Positions 1-10,236 of a DNA stretch of 64,000 nt are shown here, one piece after another. The notes beneath the pieces were generated by a model. The model worked only from the letters and a program-made list of their open reading frames with translations, was not told the origin of the DNA and did not search any database. The position numbers and the translations under genes were made by a program. Numbering within the stretch: position 1 is the first letter of the stretch; each line of letters starts with the position of its first letter. Origin of the DNA: an uncultured Pseudomonadales bacterium. GTDB taxonomy: Bacteria; Patescibacteriota; Microgenomatia; UBA1400; UBA12108. Location: contig CAZCUC010000003.1 in assembly GCA_964502225.1 (NCBI GenBank), positions 12,782 to 76,781 on the forward strand, in the 5' to 3' direction.

Positions 1-1678
1 CCTCGCGGCCTTTGAAGGTATCCCACTAAAGCTCCCCAAACTCAGTCGCAAACCAGGCAAAAATAGTGACAAAGATACATTAATCACAATCGACATCCAA
101 ACTCCCGTGGTACGACGTTTCCAAACCAGCGTTTTCAAAGGGATTAAAGTGGGTGACTCTCCAGCATGGCTCGTAGAGCGGCTTAAAGCCTACGGCATGG
201 AACCCATCAACAACATCGTCGATATCACCAACTTTGTCATGGTCGAGTATGGCCAACCCATGCATGCCCAGGATATAGCTAAAATGGGGGGCAAAGACAT
301 CACTATTCGCAAAGCAAAATCAGGCGAAAAACTCACCACCCTCCTAGGAACAGATGTCATCCTCACCCCTGATACTCATATTTTAACCTCAGGCGGCAAA
401 CCCACGGTGATCCTCGGGATAGTGGGGGGCAAGCAAACCGGCGTCACTGCTTCAACCACTGACATCATCTTGGACTCCGGCAACTACGACTCACGCGTCA
501 TCCGCAAATCCTCTCGTCAACTCAAAATCATAAACGAAACAGTCAGTCGCGACGACAAGTTCCTAGACCCCCGCGTCATCGATCTCGCCCTCGCGCGTGC
601 CACCGACCTCATCCTCGAGCTCGCAGGTGGGACCTACTATGATAACGATGATTACTATCCAGCTCAAGTCCTCCCCAAAACCATGGTTCTGCGCCTCAGT
701 CGCCTAGATCTCCTGAGTGGTATGAATCTCACTCTCCCCACTGTCAAAAAAATCCTCAAGTCTCTAGAGTACAGCGTGGTAGAAGAAGGGGAGGGGACAC
801 TCACTGTCGAGATCCCGTACTTCCGCACCGACGTCGAAGTCGAAGATGACCTGGTCTCGGACATTCTGCGGATTTACAACTACACGAATATTCCGGTAGA
901 GCCTCTAACTACGCCAGTTCCCCAGGATCTCACCCCGCCCATCTACTGCTTTGAAGAGCGCCTCCGCGATCTCCTTGTCGCCCAAGGTGCCCACGAACAT
1001 ATTACTAGCTCCCTTGTTAGCTCAACAGGTGCAGACGAGCAGGTAGTCTTAGCCAATGCTTTAAGCAGTGATCAAAACGCTCTACGCACCCACCTCACAC
1101 CTGGACTCAAGCACGTGTTATCGACCTACACTAAACACAAACAGACAAACATCCAGGTATTTGAAATTGGCAAAGTCTTCCGCCAATCGCAAGGCAGATA
1201 TTTAGAAGGTCGCCTCCTCACACTCGCTAGCAACTCTCCAGTTGCCGATTCGCTCGCCACGCTCATGTCCTCACTGGGGATTGCGGACTACCAAATCAAT
1301 CAGCAATACCAAATAATGATAGGCCAGCAAGTCGTGGGTACAACCGAGCCCAACTCCTATACACTCGTCACAGATACTCTCATGTCATATGCCAAATCTT
1401 ATACCGGGATCGTTTCTGAGTTTGACCATTTTACTTCGCTAGACATCTCCCTACTTTCACCCACTAAAGTGGTTTATGCGGATATCCAACAAGCACTTTC
1501 AATGATTAAAGTGAACTGGCATTCTCTATCCTGCAAATCCATGACCAAAATGGATAATACAACCAACAACTATCTCCTCACGATCACTTGGGACGCCAGC
1601 TCCAAAACAATCAATTCCGACAAACAAATTATTCTCAGCACTCTCAAAGAAAAGCTCGGGATCGAATCAAAATCTTAA
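1..1678 (+). CDS. pheT: phenylalanine--tRNA ligase beta subunit, 5' end cut by the window edge
   Basis: The frame is open from nt 2 with no stop, so the gene continues upstream; nt 107 is GTG, not a real start. B5-domain-like LRLSRLDLLSGMNLTLPTVKKIL, FEIGKVFR core, C-terminal FDX-ACB-like end. Confidence 0.8.
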   Translation, partial: LAAFEGIPLKLPKLSRKPGKNSDKDTLITIDIQTPVVRRFQTSVFKGIKVGDSPAWLVERLKAYGMEPINNIVDITNFVMVEYGQPMHAQDIAKMGGKDITIRKAKSGEKLTTLLGTDVILTPDTHILTSGGKPTVILGIVGGKQTGVTASTTDIILDSGNYDSRVIRKSSRQLKIINETVSRDDKFLDPRVIDLALARATDLILELAGGTYYDNDDYYPAQVLPKTMVLRLSRLDLLSGMNLTLPTVKKILKSLEYSVVEEGEGTLTVEIPYFRTDVEVEDDLVSDILRIYNYTNIPVEPLTTPVPQDLTPPIYCFEERLRDLLVAQGAHEHITSSLVSSTGADEQVVLANALSSDQNALRTHLTPGLKHVLSTYTKHKQTNIQVFEIGKVFRQSQGRYLEGRLLTLASNSPVADSLATLMSSLGIADYQINQQYQIMIGQQVVGTTEPNSYTLVTDTLMSYAKSYTGIVSEFDHFTSLDISLLSPTKVVYADIQQALSMIKVNWHSLSCKSMTKMDNTTNNYLLTITWDASSKTINSDKQIILSTLKEKLGIESKS

Positions 1679-4242
1679 GGGTTAGCCGAAGGGGAGGCAC
1701 TAGGTGCGACAAAGTCCCAGTTCACGTTTACTCCAATCCTCACAGTCGTATCACGCTCCTCACCATCCTTGGTCCTCACGACCCCTTTCAGTTCATGTGT
1801 TTTGTTGTCATCCACGGTGATGGTCGTACTCACTAGCTTTTCTCCTCCAAACGTTTCTCGCTGGTTTCCATCCACCAGTAGCTTTATCCACTCGATTTCT
1901 TTACTAGTTGTCACTCTCAGCCTCACTTCAAAAGTGTTGCTATTCAATTTTTCATGGTCGCCCGGCTTTTCAAAGCCTATGACTGTCTGGGTATTGCTCG
2001 CACAGTATTCTGTTGGGACCTTAAATTTGTCATTACTTTGACCATCAATCCAGGCTCGTATGTCGTTCTGCCAAGCGTTACTTTCTTGTTTCAAAACATA
2101 AAATTCCTTCAAATCGTAATCGTCACGTGCGATATCCACTTCACTAGCCAATTTATTATTATCAGCCTTGCATACTTTTACTTTTGTGTGGATCGGATCA
2201 GGCTCAGTCGGCGCAGTCCCTTTGGTAAAATAATCAGCCCTCGAGGGGTAGCCATCGTGCTCAGGGTAGCCAGATATTGTATCTACTTGGCGTGCCTCTA
2301 CACCACTAGGCGGTTTAAAATCATCGCCTTTATATTTTTCCCACGTCTTCAAAATTATTTTTCGCCAAATAGGGGAGGCACCAGTTACACCAGATGCTAC
2401 TTCCTTCATTGCAGTATTGTCATTATTGCCAACCCACACCCCAACCACAGCTTTTGTGCTCCACCCCACAGTCCAGTTATCTCGCTTATCATTGGTCGTA
2501 CCGGTTTTGACTGCGATCGATTTACCGGCCATATTCAAAAAACTATTCGAGCCAAAGGTCAGGAGTCGTGCGTTGTTGTCCGCCAACACATGATTGATCA
2601 AGAATGCCACTTCTTCACTCAGTACTCGCTGTTTCTGTGCCTGTTTGGCTTCGTACAGTGTCCGACCATTCTTAGTCACTTTTAGGATCGAAACCGGCTC
2701 GACTTTTTCCCCTCCATTTGCAAAAGCGCTATACGCATGCACCAAATCAAACAGTTTCACTTCACCCCCACCTAGTGTGACCGACAAGCCAAACCTCGAC
2801 ATATTTGCGGCTGTAGGCTCGAGGGTTTCAAACCCCATGTCATAGGCAGTCTGCAACATATCTTTTAGCCCAATCAGCGACAGTAGTTTTACGGCCGGGA
2901 TATTGAGCGAAGAACCTAGGGCATATCGCAGTTGGATCGGACCATTAAACTTGCCATCATAATTTTTTGGCTCGTAAAACTCTCCTTCTTTAGATCCGGG
3001 GAATTTGCTTGGTACATCGAGGAGCATAGAGGAGGGTGCATAGCCCTTGGCAAACGCGGTGGCATATGTCACTGGTTTGATGGCAGATCCAGGCTGGCGG
3101 AGCGACATCACCACATTGACTTGGCCATCGTAGTCAGGCGCAAAATAATCTTTAGATCCGACCATGGCCAGGATCTCGCCATTTTGTGGGTTCATCACCA
3201 TCGCGGCGCCGTTTGTGACGTGCACTTTTTCTAGTTTATCGATTTCTTCTTTGACCGCTGTCTGGGTAAAGTCTTGCAGTTCCGAGTCTAGTGTTGTCAT
3301 CACGGTATATCCACCCTCTTCAACCACAGCTTCTCCAAGCAGATCTACCAGCTGATCTTTCACATAAAACACAAAATGAGGTGCCTTTAGTGCCGCCGTT
3401 TGCTCTCTAAACTTTACTTCCGGTAGTTCTTTGAGGCTTTGATTCTCTTGTTCCTTGGTGATATAGCCATCCTCCCTCATCCGTCTCAATACTGCTGTCG
3501 ATCTCGCCACGTATGCTTGCTTATCGCTCCCGTACGGGGAGTATCGTGAAGGGGCTTGGGGCATACCAGCTAGTATTACTGCTTGAGTGAGCGTCAAATC
3601 CTTTGGCTCAACCCCAAAATATCTCTCCGAGGCCGAGGCTATCCCGATCGCAGTCCCTCCGTAGGGGGCTTCGTTTAGATACATTTGGAGTATTTCGTCC
3701 TTACTAAACTTATTCTCGATCTGCATCGACAATACGAGCTCTTTAAACTTGCGCGGTAGTGACCGCTCGCTGGTCAAAAGGACATTTTTCACTAGTTGCT
3801 GGGTCAAGGTCGATCCACCCTGGGCTCTACCGCGGGTGATCCCTCTGAGCATTCCCCGGATCATTCCCCAGGTACTAAAACCTTGGTGCGAGTAAAACTC
3901 TTTGTCCTCTATCGCAATCGTAGCTTGCTGTAGTTGGAGGGGAACATCTGCTATTTTGATCGGGATCCGGTTGTAATCTTGGTACAGTTCATACAGTGTT
4001 GCCCCATCTCTGTCCTCGATCTTGGTCGAAAATCCATCATGTCTCACAATTTTGTCTGGATCTGGCAAACTCCGGGAGAACCAGGCGAACATAATCAATG
4101 TAATTACAATCGCCCCCAGTGTCCCAAACAAGGCCGTGAGACCCAAATACTTCAAAATAGTTTGTTTATCCCACTTTGCGTGTGAATAACGATTTCTCTT
4201 CCCCTGGATCCGCTGTTTAAATGTTCTCGCCCAATCTTGCAT
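1675..4242 (-). CDS. class A penicillin-binding protein (transglycosylase/transpeptidase) with about 200 aa C-terminal extension
   Basis: N-terminal TM anchor; GT51 motif IAIEDKEFYSHQGFS; transpeptidase SAIKP (SxxK) and KTGTT motifs; long C-terminal tail after the TP domain. Confidence 0.85.
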   Translation of the reverse strand: MQDWARTFKQRIQGKRNRYSHAKWDKQTILKYLGLTALFGTLGAIVITLIMFAWFSRSLPDPDKIVRHDGFSTKIEDRDGATLYELYQDYNRIPIKIADVPLQLQQATIAIEDKEFYSHQGFSTWGMIRGMLRGITRGRAQGGSTLTQQLVKNVLLTSERSLPRKFKELVLSMQIENKFSKDEILQMYLNEAPYGGTAIGIASASERYFGVEPKDLTLTQAVILAGMPQAPSRYSPYGSDKQAYVARSTAVLRRMREDGYITKEQENQSLKELPEVKFREQTAALKAPHFVFYVKDQLVDLLGEAVVEEGGYTVMTTLDSELQDFTQTAVKEEIDKLEKVHVTNGAAMVMNPQNGEILAMVGSKDYFAPDYDGQVNVVMSLRQPGSAIKPVTYATAFAKGYAPSSMLLDVPSKFPGSKEGEFYEPKNYDGKFNGPIQLRYALGSSLNIPAVKLLSLIGLKDMLQTAYDMGFETLEPTAANMSRFGLSVTLGGGEVKLFDLVHAYSAFANGGEKVEPVSILKVTKNGRTLYEAKQAQKQRVLSEEVAFLINHVLADNNARLLTFGSNSFLNMAGKSIAVKTGTTNDKRDNWTVGWSTKAVVGVWVGNNDNTAMKEVASGVTGASPIWRKIILKTWEKYKGDDFKPPSGVEARQVDTISGYPEHDGYPSRADYFTKGTAPTEPDPIHTKVKVCKADNNKLASEVDIARDDYDLKEFYVLKQESNAWQNDIRAWIDGQSNDKFKVPTEYCASNTQTVIGFEKPGDHEKLNSNTFEVRLRVTTSKEIEWIKLLVDGNQRETFGGEKLVSTTITVDDNKTHELKGVVRTKDGEERDTTVRIGVNVNWDFVAPSASPSANP

Positions 4243-4271
4243 AGCGATTAGTATAGTGCTTTACCATCAGT

Positions 4272-4541
4272 ATGTCACTCTCGACTTCTGATCTACAACA
4301 ATTCTCAAAACTCTTAGATATCTCTCTAGAGAAAAAGCTGTCACCTCTCAGAGATAAAATCTCCACACTTGTCACCAAAGAAGATGTCACAAAGTTAGCT
4401 ACTGCAGAAGAATTAAATGTCTTGAGAAAAATAGTAATCTCATTACCCACCGGAAACCATTTGTCTAAATTAAAAGATGAGTTGCTGGAAAAAATTTCCC
4501 ATCTCCCAACCAAGGAACAATTTTACTTCTCCACCCTATAG
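4272..4541 (+). CDS. hypothetical small protein (coiled-coil-like)
   Basis: 89 aa ORF in an otherwise empty gap; no recognisable motif. Confidence 0.3.
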   Translation: MSLSTSDLQQFSKLLDISLEKKLSPLRDKISTLVTKEDVTKLATAEELNVLRKIVISLPTGNHLSKLKDELLEKISHLPTKEQFYFSTL

Positions 4542-4547
4542 TAGGTA

Positions 4548-4577
4548 TTGACACTCACAACCATTACATGATATAAA
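4548..4577 (+). promoter_or_regulatory. sigma70-like promoter TTGACA-N17-ATATAA(A)
   Basis: Perfect -35 TTGACA at 4548-4553, 17-nt spacer, -10 ATATAA/TATAAA at 4571-4577. Confidence 0.4.
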
Positions 4578-4583
4578 CTCTAC

Positions 4584-4821
4584 ACAAGTTAATAGGAAAG
4601 CGTCGAAGGAGCCTTAGTAGATTAAAGTAGGTAATCAGAGAGATGTCGTTTGCTGCAAGACATCCAAAGCTTTAATCGAAATTTACTCTCCTAAGCAGGT
4701 CTGACAAAATCAGACACGGTTGTCCCCGTAATCAGACTAAGATGTGTCACAAAGAAACAGAGCATCTGAACAAACAAGGTTATCCTTGATTATTTCAGAT
4801 CTCGCGTGAGCGAGATTTTTT
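4584..4821 (+). ncRNA. candidate structured leader RNA or small RNA, class undetermined
   Basis: Roughly 240 nt between a strong promoter and an intrinsic terminator with no ORF over 30 aa. Internal hairpins GATGTC-N11-GACATC and GTCTGA-CAAAA-TCAGAC. Motif GTAATCAGA at 4631, 4728 and 4822. Confidence 0.35.
4798..4821 (+). terminator. Rho-independent terminator
   Basis: ATCTCGC-GTGA-GCGAGAT stem-loop followed by TTTTTT. Confidence 0.55.
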
Positions 4822-4945
4822 GTAATCAGAGTTAACGAAACAGGGTTGGTACCGTCTGTCTTGCAGGCCCCTGTCTATATCCAATATTCGGAGTAATCCT
4901 ATTTTGGTTGTAGGCAGGGGCTTATTTGTTATTACAAGGAAAAAT

Positions 4946-5935
4946 ATGAAATCTATCGAAATCGAACTCGACAAAGCTTGGGAAAAGGCGCGGTCTTTTC
5001 CAGGCGAGCTAAAACTGTTAGGGCCAAACGATCTGGACTCTGACAGAATAGCAGGCATTTTTAGAGATTTATTGGAAAGGACCTACATTCGTCACGGGGT
5101 ACCACAACATGCGGATGAGTTTTCATCAGCTATCCGCGCTGGGCAAATAGAGCCATGTATTGTCACTCGTGATAACCAGCCGGTCGCTTGCGCCGCCTTG
5201 ATTAAACAAAGCGACGGGACAAGTGAACTTGGTCGTGCAGTCTCTGTCGAACCTGGTACCGGAGCCGGTAAGATCGCTATGCTCACGGCCACGCTCTCTG
5301 CAGGCACCTCGCCACTCGTTGCAGAAATCAGACTCGCAAAAACCTTTGCCGGAATACCAGGAGGCGAAGCTACTCAGCGTATCTGTCACGGGATTCTAGG
5401 ACTTGCAGTACACGCAATATTGCCCCCATTTAGACATGGCCGTCACCCAATTTCTGGGACTAAATACAACGAAATGTTTGGCTTTGCAGCTGAAAATGTT
5501 CAAATCATCGATTCAAGTCCATTGTCCACTGCAAACCAAGCGATTTCCACTCGGATAGACTCATTAACTCCAGTCAAAGATATGCAGCTGATGCAAGTCG
5601 ATCCATTTAAAATCGCTGTGCCTGTTAATTCAGGTATAAATATAAAAGATTTTCAGCGAGAAAGTAGATTTGGCGACCCTGGATGCACCATGACCGCCCT
5701 AGAAGCAAATGACCAAAACCTCTCTACTATTGCCTGGCTCATGGCACATGATTTTATCTTATCTGGAGTTGATCGCAACTTAGGAGAGAATGGGCTCCCA
5801 GTCCTACTCCTAGCCACACTCGCCCACGGGACCATGCTGGCACCAACCAAAGCAAGCGATACACTACCTCAACAGCTTAGAGCAGATATTTTACACATTA
5901 GTAGCCAATTTAATCAGTTAGTTGAAAGGAGTTAA
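4946..5935 (+). CDS. hypothetical protein: N-terminal GNAT-like acyltransferase fold fused to a C-terminal domain of unknown function
   Basis: ATG at 4946 preceded by AAGGA (the ORF-track start at 4904 is less likely). Segment VSVEPGTGAGKIAMLTATL resembles GNAT motif A (V-x-P-x-x-G-x-G); the remaining roughly 200 aa were not recognised. Confidence 0.45.
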   Translation: MKSIEIELDKAWEKARSFPGELKLLGPNDLDSDRIAGIFRDLLERTYIRHGVPQHADEFSSAIRAGQIEPCIVTRDNQPVACAALIKQSDGTSELGRAVSVEPGTGAGKIAMLTATLSAGTSPLVAEIRLAKTFAGIPGGEATQRICHGILGLAVHAILPPFRHGRHPISGTKYNEMFGFAAENVQIIDSSPLSTANQAISTRIDSLTPVKDMQLMQVDPFKIAVPVNSGINIKDFQRESRFGDPGCTMTALEANDQNLSTIAWLMAHDFILSGVDRNLGENGLPVLLLATLAHGTMLAPTKASDTLPQQLRADILHISSQFNQLVERS

Positions 5936-5936
5936 T

Positions 5937-6977
5937 ATGACATTGCTCACAATACTAGAAGAGTTAATTAAAGCAAAGACTCTCTCAGAAGATCGCAAAA
6001 CTTGTTTGGACACGCTCAAAAAGATCCAACCACAAATTCCAAACTCAGTTATAGATACTAAATCTGGAATTCTACTTTGGGGACATACAAACCTCGCTAC
6101 AACATCATGGTTGATCAATACTCACCTTGATGTAGTTCCAGGTAGTCCAAAACAATTTTCTCTCAAAATAAAAGGGGACAAAGCTTGGGGTAGAGGGGTA
6201 GCCGACGTAAAGGGTTGCGCCGCCATCCTTATTGACCAAGCAAAAAAATGGACAGGACTAGCCATACAAAAGAAAGTAACATTTATGCTGGTCACGGACG
6301 AAGAGGTCGGTGGAGCTAGCACCAAAGCCATATTATCTACCATGAAAGATTTGCAGGGTGCCATCTTTCTCGAACCCACTGGACTCCACATTACCACAGA
6401 GGCGAAAGGAATGATGCAAATAAAGATTGTAGCTAAAGGAGTCAGTTGTCACGGCTCACGTCCATGGGAAGGGGATAACGCGATCGAGATGCTTGCGCGA
6501 GGACTTGTCCAATTTCGCCTGACTCAACCTACTCCTACTCAAGAAACCCGAACCACTACGCTCAATTTTTCTCAAATCAAAGGTGGTGAAGCAATCAATC
6601 AAGTTCCTAGCTTTGCTGAGCTTTGGTGTGACGTGAGATTTAATCCTCAAGATAATCCAGCGGACATCGTTACTGAAATAGTCGCTTGTTTCCCTTCATG
6701 TGAAGTGGTAGTGGTCAAATGTGATTCACCCATCAACTGCGATAAGTCGACTAAAGTATTTGAGTCCGTTGTACGCGCTGTAAAGTCAGTCTCGATCAAT
6801 CCACTCACGCAGTTTGACCACGGTACGTCGGATGCCAGGCACGCAACCGCTCTGGGTATACCAGCGCTCGTTTTTGGCCCAAAAGGTGGAGGGCTTCACA
6901 GCGATCACGAATGGGTCAGTTTAAAAAGCCTAATCAAAGTACAAAACGTCCTCGATCACTGGATTAAAAATATTTGA
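5937..6977 (+). CDS. M20 family metallopeptidase / deacylase (ArgE/DapE type)
   Basis: HLDVVPG and GRGVADVKG M20 signatures. ATG at 5937 preceded by AAAGGAG (the ORF-track TTG at 5922 is rejected). Confidence 0.75.
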   Translation: MTLLTILEELIKAKTLSEDRKTCLDTLKKIQPQIPNSVIDTKSGILLWGHTNLATTSWLINTHLDVVPGSPKQFSLKIKGDKAWGRGVADVKGCAAILIDQAKKWTGLAIQKKVTFMLVTDEEVGGASTKAILSTMKDLQGAIFLEPTGLHITTEAKGMMQIKIVAKGVSCHGSRPWEGDNAIEMLARGLVQFRLTQPTPTQETRTTTLNFSQIKGGEAINQVPSFAELWCDVRFNPQDNPADIVTEIVACFPSCEVVVVKCDSPINCDKSTKVFESVVRAVKSVSINPLTQFDHGTSDARHATALGIPALVFGPKGGGLHSDHEWVSLKSLIKVQNVLDHWIKNI

Positions 6978-6996
6978 TACAATACTAAGGAGACAT

Positions 6997-8187
6997 ATGA
7001 CCAATACAAACGATATTTTAACCAGGGGAGTAGAAAACATTATCCCAAGTAAAGCTAAGCTACAGGAGCTCCTAGATAGTGGCAAAAAGCTCAATATCTT
7101 CCTTGGCATCGACCCCACCGCCACCCGTATTCATATTGGGCATGCCGTTCCACTACGCAAATTAAATGAGCTAGCTGGGCTCGGTCACAACGTCAAATTC
7201 TTGATCGGAGACTTTACCGCATTGATTGGCGACACCTCCGACAAAGATACCGAGCGTCCAGTCCTGACGAGCGAACAAATCCAAGCCAATTTTGAAACCT
7301 ACAAAAAACAAGCCGAAAAAGTGGTCGATTTTAGCAAAATCGAAGTCGTCCACAACTCTACCTGGCTCAAAGAGCTCAAGTTCGAAGATATAGTCAAGCT
7401 CGCCCAGCATTTCTCGGCCGGTGACTTTACCAGTCGCGAGCTCATCAAAAAACGACTTACCGAAGGTAAACACGTCGGTCTCCACGAACTTCTCTATCCT
7501 GTCATGCAGGGATACGATAGCTACTTTATGGATACCGATATCCAACTCGGTGGTACCGACCAGACCTTCAACATGCAAGCAGGTCGCATACTCCAAAAAG
7601 ATTTACGGGGCAAAGAATCATTTATCATCGCCAACGGTTTCCTATCAGGCACCGATGGCCGCAAAATGAGCAAATCTTGGGGTAATGCTATCTGGCTAGA
7701 TGATGATCCTATTGAAATGTACGGCAAGGTCATGTCCCTCAAAGACGATTTGATCATCAACTACTTCACACTCGCGACTGCACTATCTCTAGAAGAGATC
7801 GGTCAGATCGAAGCCAAGCTCAAAGCTGGCGATAACCCCATGACTTTCAAAAAACAGTTGGCCCACAGGGTCGTCACCGAGCTCCACAGTAGTGAACTGG
7901 CCGAGTCTGCTCAAAAACACTTTGAAAGTACCGTCCAAAAGAAGGAAGTTCCAGACGAAGTTGAAGAGTTCTTTACTCCCTTAAATGAATTAAAATCTCA
8001 TTTTGATGTACTCAAAACGGCTAACACAGGTTTTAGCAACAGCGATCTCAAGAGATTAGCTGCACAAGGAGCAATTTTATTTAATACTACAAAAACGCTT
8101 ACTGACCTGTCAGAAGAATACACCTTCACTGGCGGTGAAATTTACCAGTTGGGTAAGCGTACTTTCAGAAAGGTAAAAGGAAAATAG
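6997..8187 (+). CDS. tyrS: tyrosine--tRNA ligase
   Basis: Class I HIGH motif (RIHIGHAVPL), GDFTALIGDTSDKDTER, QLGGTDQTFN, KMSKS, C-terminal S4-like domain. The pattern fits TyrRS better than TrpRS. Confidence 0.75.
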   Translation: MTNTNDILTRGVENIIPSKAKLQELLDSGKKLNIFLGIDPTATRIHIGHAVPLRKLNELAGLGHNVKFLIGDFTALIGDTSDKDTERPVLTSEQIQANFETYKKQAEKVVDFSKIEVVHNSTWLKELKFEDIVKLAQHFSAGDFTSRELIKKRLTEGKHVGLHELLYPVMQGYDSYFMDTDIQLGGTDQTFNMQAGRILQKDLRGKESFIIANGFLSGTDGRKMSKSWGNAIWLDDDPIEMYGKVMSLKDDLIINYFTLATALSLEEIGQIEAKLKAGDNPMTFKKQLAHRVVTELHSSELAESAQKHFESTVQKKEVPDEVEEFFTPLNELKSHFDVLKTANTGFSNSDLKRLAAQGAILFNTTKTLTDLSEEYTFTGGEIYQLGKRTFRKVKGK

Positions 8188-8188
8188 T

Positions 8189-8290
8189 ATGAGTCTCACC
8201 AAACGCCAGCGTAAACTATGGACCATCATCACCGCCATCGCCACGCTCGCTCTCCTTGCCTCCTCCTTCGCCCCATTCTTCATGAACTAG
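8189..8290 (+). CDS. possible 33-aa hydrophobic peptide (MSLTKRQRKLWTIITAIATLALLASSFAPFFMN)
   Basis: Short ORF filling the tyrS-recG gap, with a basic N-terminus followed by one TM-like helix; below the ORF-track length cutoff. Confidence 0.2.
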   Translation: MSLTKRQRKLWTIITAIATLALLASSFAPFFMN

Positions 8291-8319
8291 TCATATTCTT
8301 CGTGATATACAATTGATTC

Positions 8320-10236
8320 ATGCAACTCAAAGACATTGCGGGCATTGGCGAAAAAACTCTCAGTATTCTCGAAAAGCACGGGATCACCACTATTCATGGG
8401 CTCCTCACACATTTTCCGCGCACCTATCGCACTTACAGATCGACCGATACTCAGGGGGCAGAGGTAGGGGAGTGGGTCAGTTTAGTCGGTACGCTCAGCC
8501 GCCCAGTCAGCCATCACACAACCCACACGACCACTCAGATCTCGACTTTCCAGGACGGGTCGGGCCGTCTTACTCTCCGCTGGTTCAATAGTCCCTTTAT
8601 TGTCAGGTCAGTCTCCCCAAGCGATACTTATTTAGTTCGTGGTCAGCTTACGATCTTTGGCAGTACCCGCCAAATTGTCTCTCCCCAAATCAAAGCAGTA
8701 GGGCCAGACTATTATCCGCCCGAAAACGATGAAATGGTCCCCATTTATCCGAGTCTCGGCATGCTCAAGTCCGGTAACTTACGCAAAATTATTTTTTCTG
8801 CACTCGAGAGCACACCACCGTTTGAGGATCCACTCTCGCCAAAAATTCGACTCAAACATAATTTGATTGATCTAGATACCGCCATGCACCTCATCCATCG
8901 TCCACCTTCAAGGAGTCTCCTTGAAGGTGCGATCCATCGTCTTGCCTTTGACGAGCTCTATACCCTCCAGCTAGAAAGTTTGCAAAACAGCGAGATAAAT
9001 AAAATCAAAACTGATCCTCTCCACTGGAACACGGCAAAACTGGAAAACTGGGTTACGAATCTCCCCTATACTCCAACTGGAGCCCAATCTCGTGTAATTG
9101 GTGAGATTCTCGCAGATTTATCCAAACCAATCGCCATGCACCGCTTACTGGCAGGAGAGGTCGGATCAGGCAAAACCTTGGTAGCGGCCGCCGCCATTTT
9201 TGCCTCATTCCATGCTGGATACCAATCACTCGTCATGGCACCTACCCAGATCCTCGCTGAGCAACTCTATGCATCCTTTAAACAATTGCTGGGTGACACC
9301 CTCGCAATCTCCTTGGTTACCGCCAGTTCGAAAGGTGACGTTCAGGCAGATGTGGTCGTGGGTACCCAGGCACTCCTGACTCCCAAGCACACTTTCGGTA
9401 AAGTTGGTCTCGTGATCGTCGACGAACAGCACAAATTCGGGGTCAAACAAAGAGAATATCTCAGTAGCCTGACTCCCGCCCCTCACGTGCTCATGATGAC
9501 CGCGACTCCGATTCCCCGTACTCTCGCCATGACCATTTTCTCCAATATGGATATCTCTCGGCTCGACGAGCTCCCCAAAAATCGTCTCCCCATCAAAACC
9601 TACCTAGTAGGAGAGGAAAAGCGAGACCGAGCCTTCTCCTGGATCAAATCCGAAATCGTAAACAATCATAACCAAGCATTTGTCGTGGTTCCCCTGATCG
9701 AGGAAGCCGAAGATGACGAGGGCAATAGCAAAAAATCCCTCAAACTCCTCGAGACCGATCTCAAAAAACGTTTCCCAGGGTTAATCATCGACATTATGCA
9801 CGGCAAAATGAAGGATACAGAGAAAACCGAGCACTTGCGCGCGTTTCGCGACGGGATTACTCAGATCCTGGTCGCAACCAGCATGGTCGAAGTGGGTATC
9901 GATATCCCTGGTGCCAATATTATGGTCATCGAGGACAGCGAAAGGTTTGGTCTCGCCCAGCTCCACCAGTTGAGGGGTAGGGTGGGGAGGGGATCTACTC
10001 AGGGGCATTGTCTAATTTTTACTGGTTCAGACAAACCCAAGGTCAAAGAGCGACTTACCTATTTTGCCAAAGAGATAAACGGAGAGAAACTTGCGATGTA
10101 CGATCTGGACAACCGTGGACCCGGCGAGCTCTTTGGCGAGTCCCAGTCCGGTTTCTTCTCTCTCCACTTTGCCTCGATCTACGATACTGCTTTATTGAAA
10201 GAAACCTACGAAGCTGTTAGAATACACTCCATATGA
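8320..10236 (+). CDS. recG: ATP-dependent DNA helicase RecG
   Basis: Walker A GSGKTLVAAAAIF, DEQHKFG box, QLRGRVGRG motif, N-terminal wedge region. Confidence 0.85.
   Translation: MQLKDIAGIGEKTLSILEKHGITTIHGLLTHFPRTYRTYRSTDTQGAEVGEWVSLVGTLSRPVSHHTTHTTTQISTFQDGSGRLTLRWFNSPFIVRSVSPSDTYLVRGQLTIFGSTRQIVSPQIKAVGPDYYPPENDEMVPIYPSLGMLKSGNLRKIIFSALESTPPFEDPLSPKIRLKHNLIDLDTAMHLIHRPPSRSLLEGAIHRLAFDELYTLQLESLQNSEINKIKTDPLHWNTAKLENWVTNLPYTPTGAQSRVIGEILADLSKPIAMHRLLAGEVGSGKTLVAAAAIFASFHAGYQSLVMAPTQILAEQLYASFKQLLGDTLAISLVTASSKGDVQADVVVGTQALLTPKHTFGKVGLVIVDEQHKFGVKQREYLSSLTPAPHVLMMTATPIPRTLAMTIFSNMDISRLDELPKNRLPIKTYLVGEEKRDRAFSWIKSEIVNNHNQAFVVVPLIEEAEDDEGNSKKSLKLLETDLKKRFPGLIIDIMHGKMKDTEKTEHLRAFRDGITQILVATSMVEVGIDIPGANIMVIEDSERFGLAQLHQLRGRVGRGSTQGHCLIFTGSDKPKVKERLTYFAKEINGEKLAMYDLDNRGPGELFGESQSGFFSLHFASIYDTALLKETYEAVRIHSI

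Noticed and set aside
1954-3355. Several 60-240 aa plus-strand ORFs (1954-2685, 2594-2845, 2932-3234, 3164-3355) inside the PBP gene
   Set aside because: They lie antisense to a well-supported 855-aa PBP1A with clear motifs. They are hydrophobic or low-complexity translations with no motifs, so they are treated as spurious.
4795-5058. 87-aa minus-strand ORF overlapping the terminator and the start of the GNAT-fusion gene
   Set aside because: It overlaps a strong plus-strand terminator and RBS/start region, has no motif, and is likely spurious.
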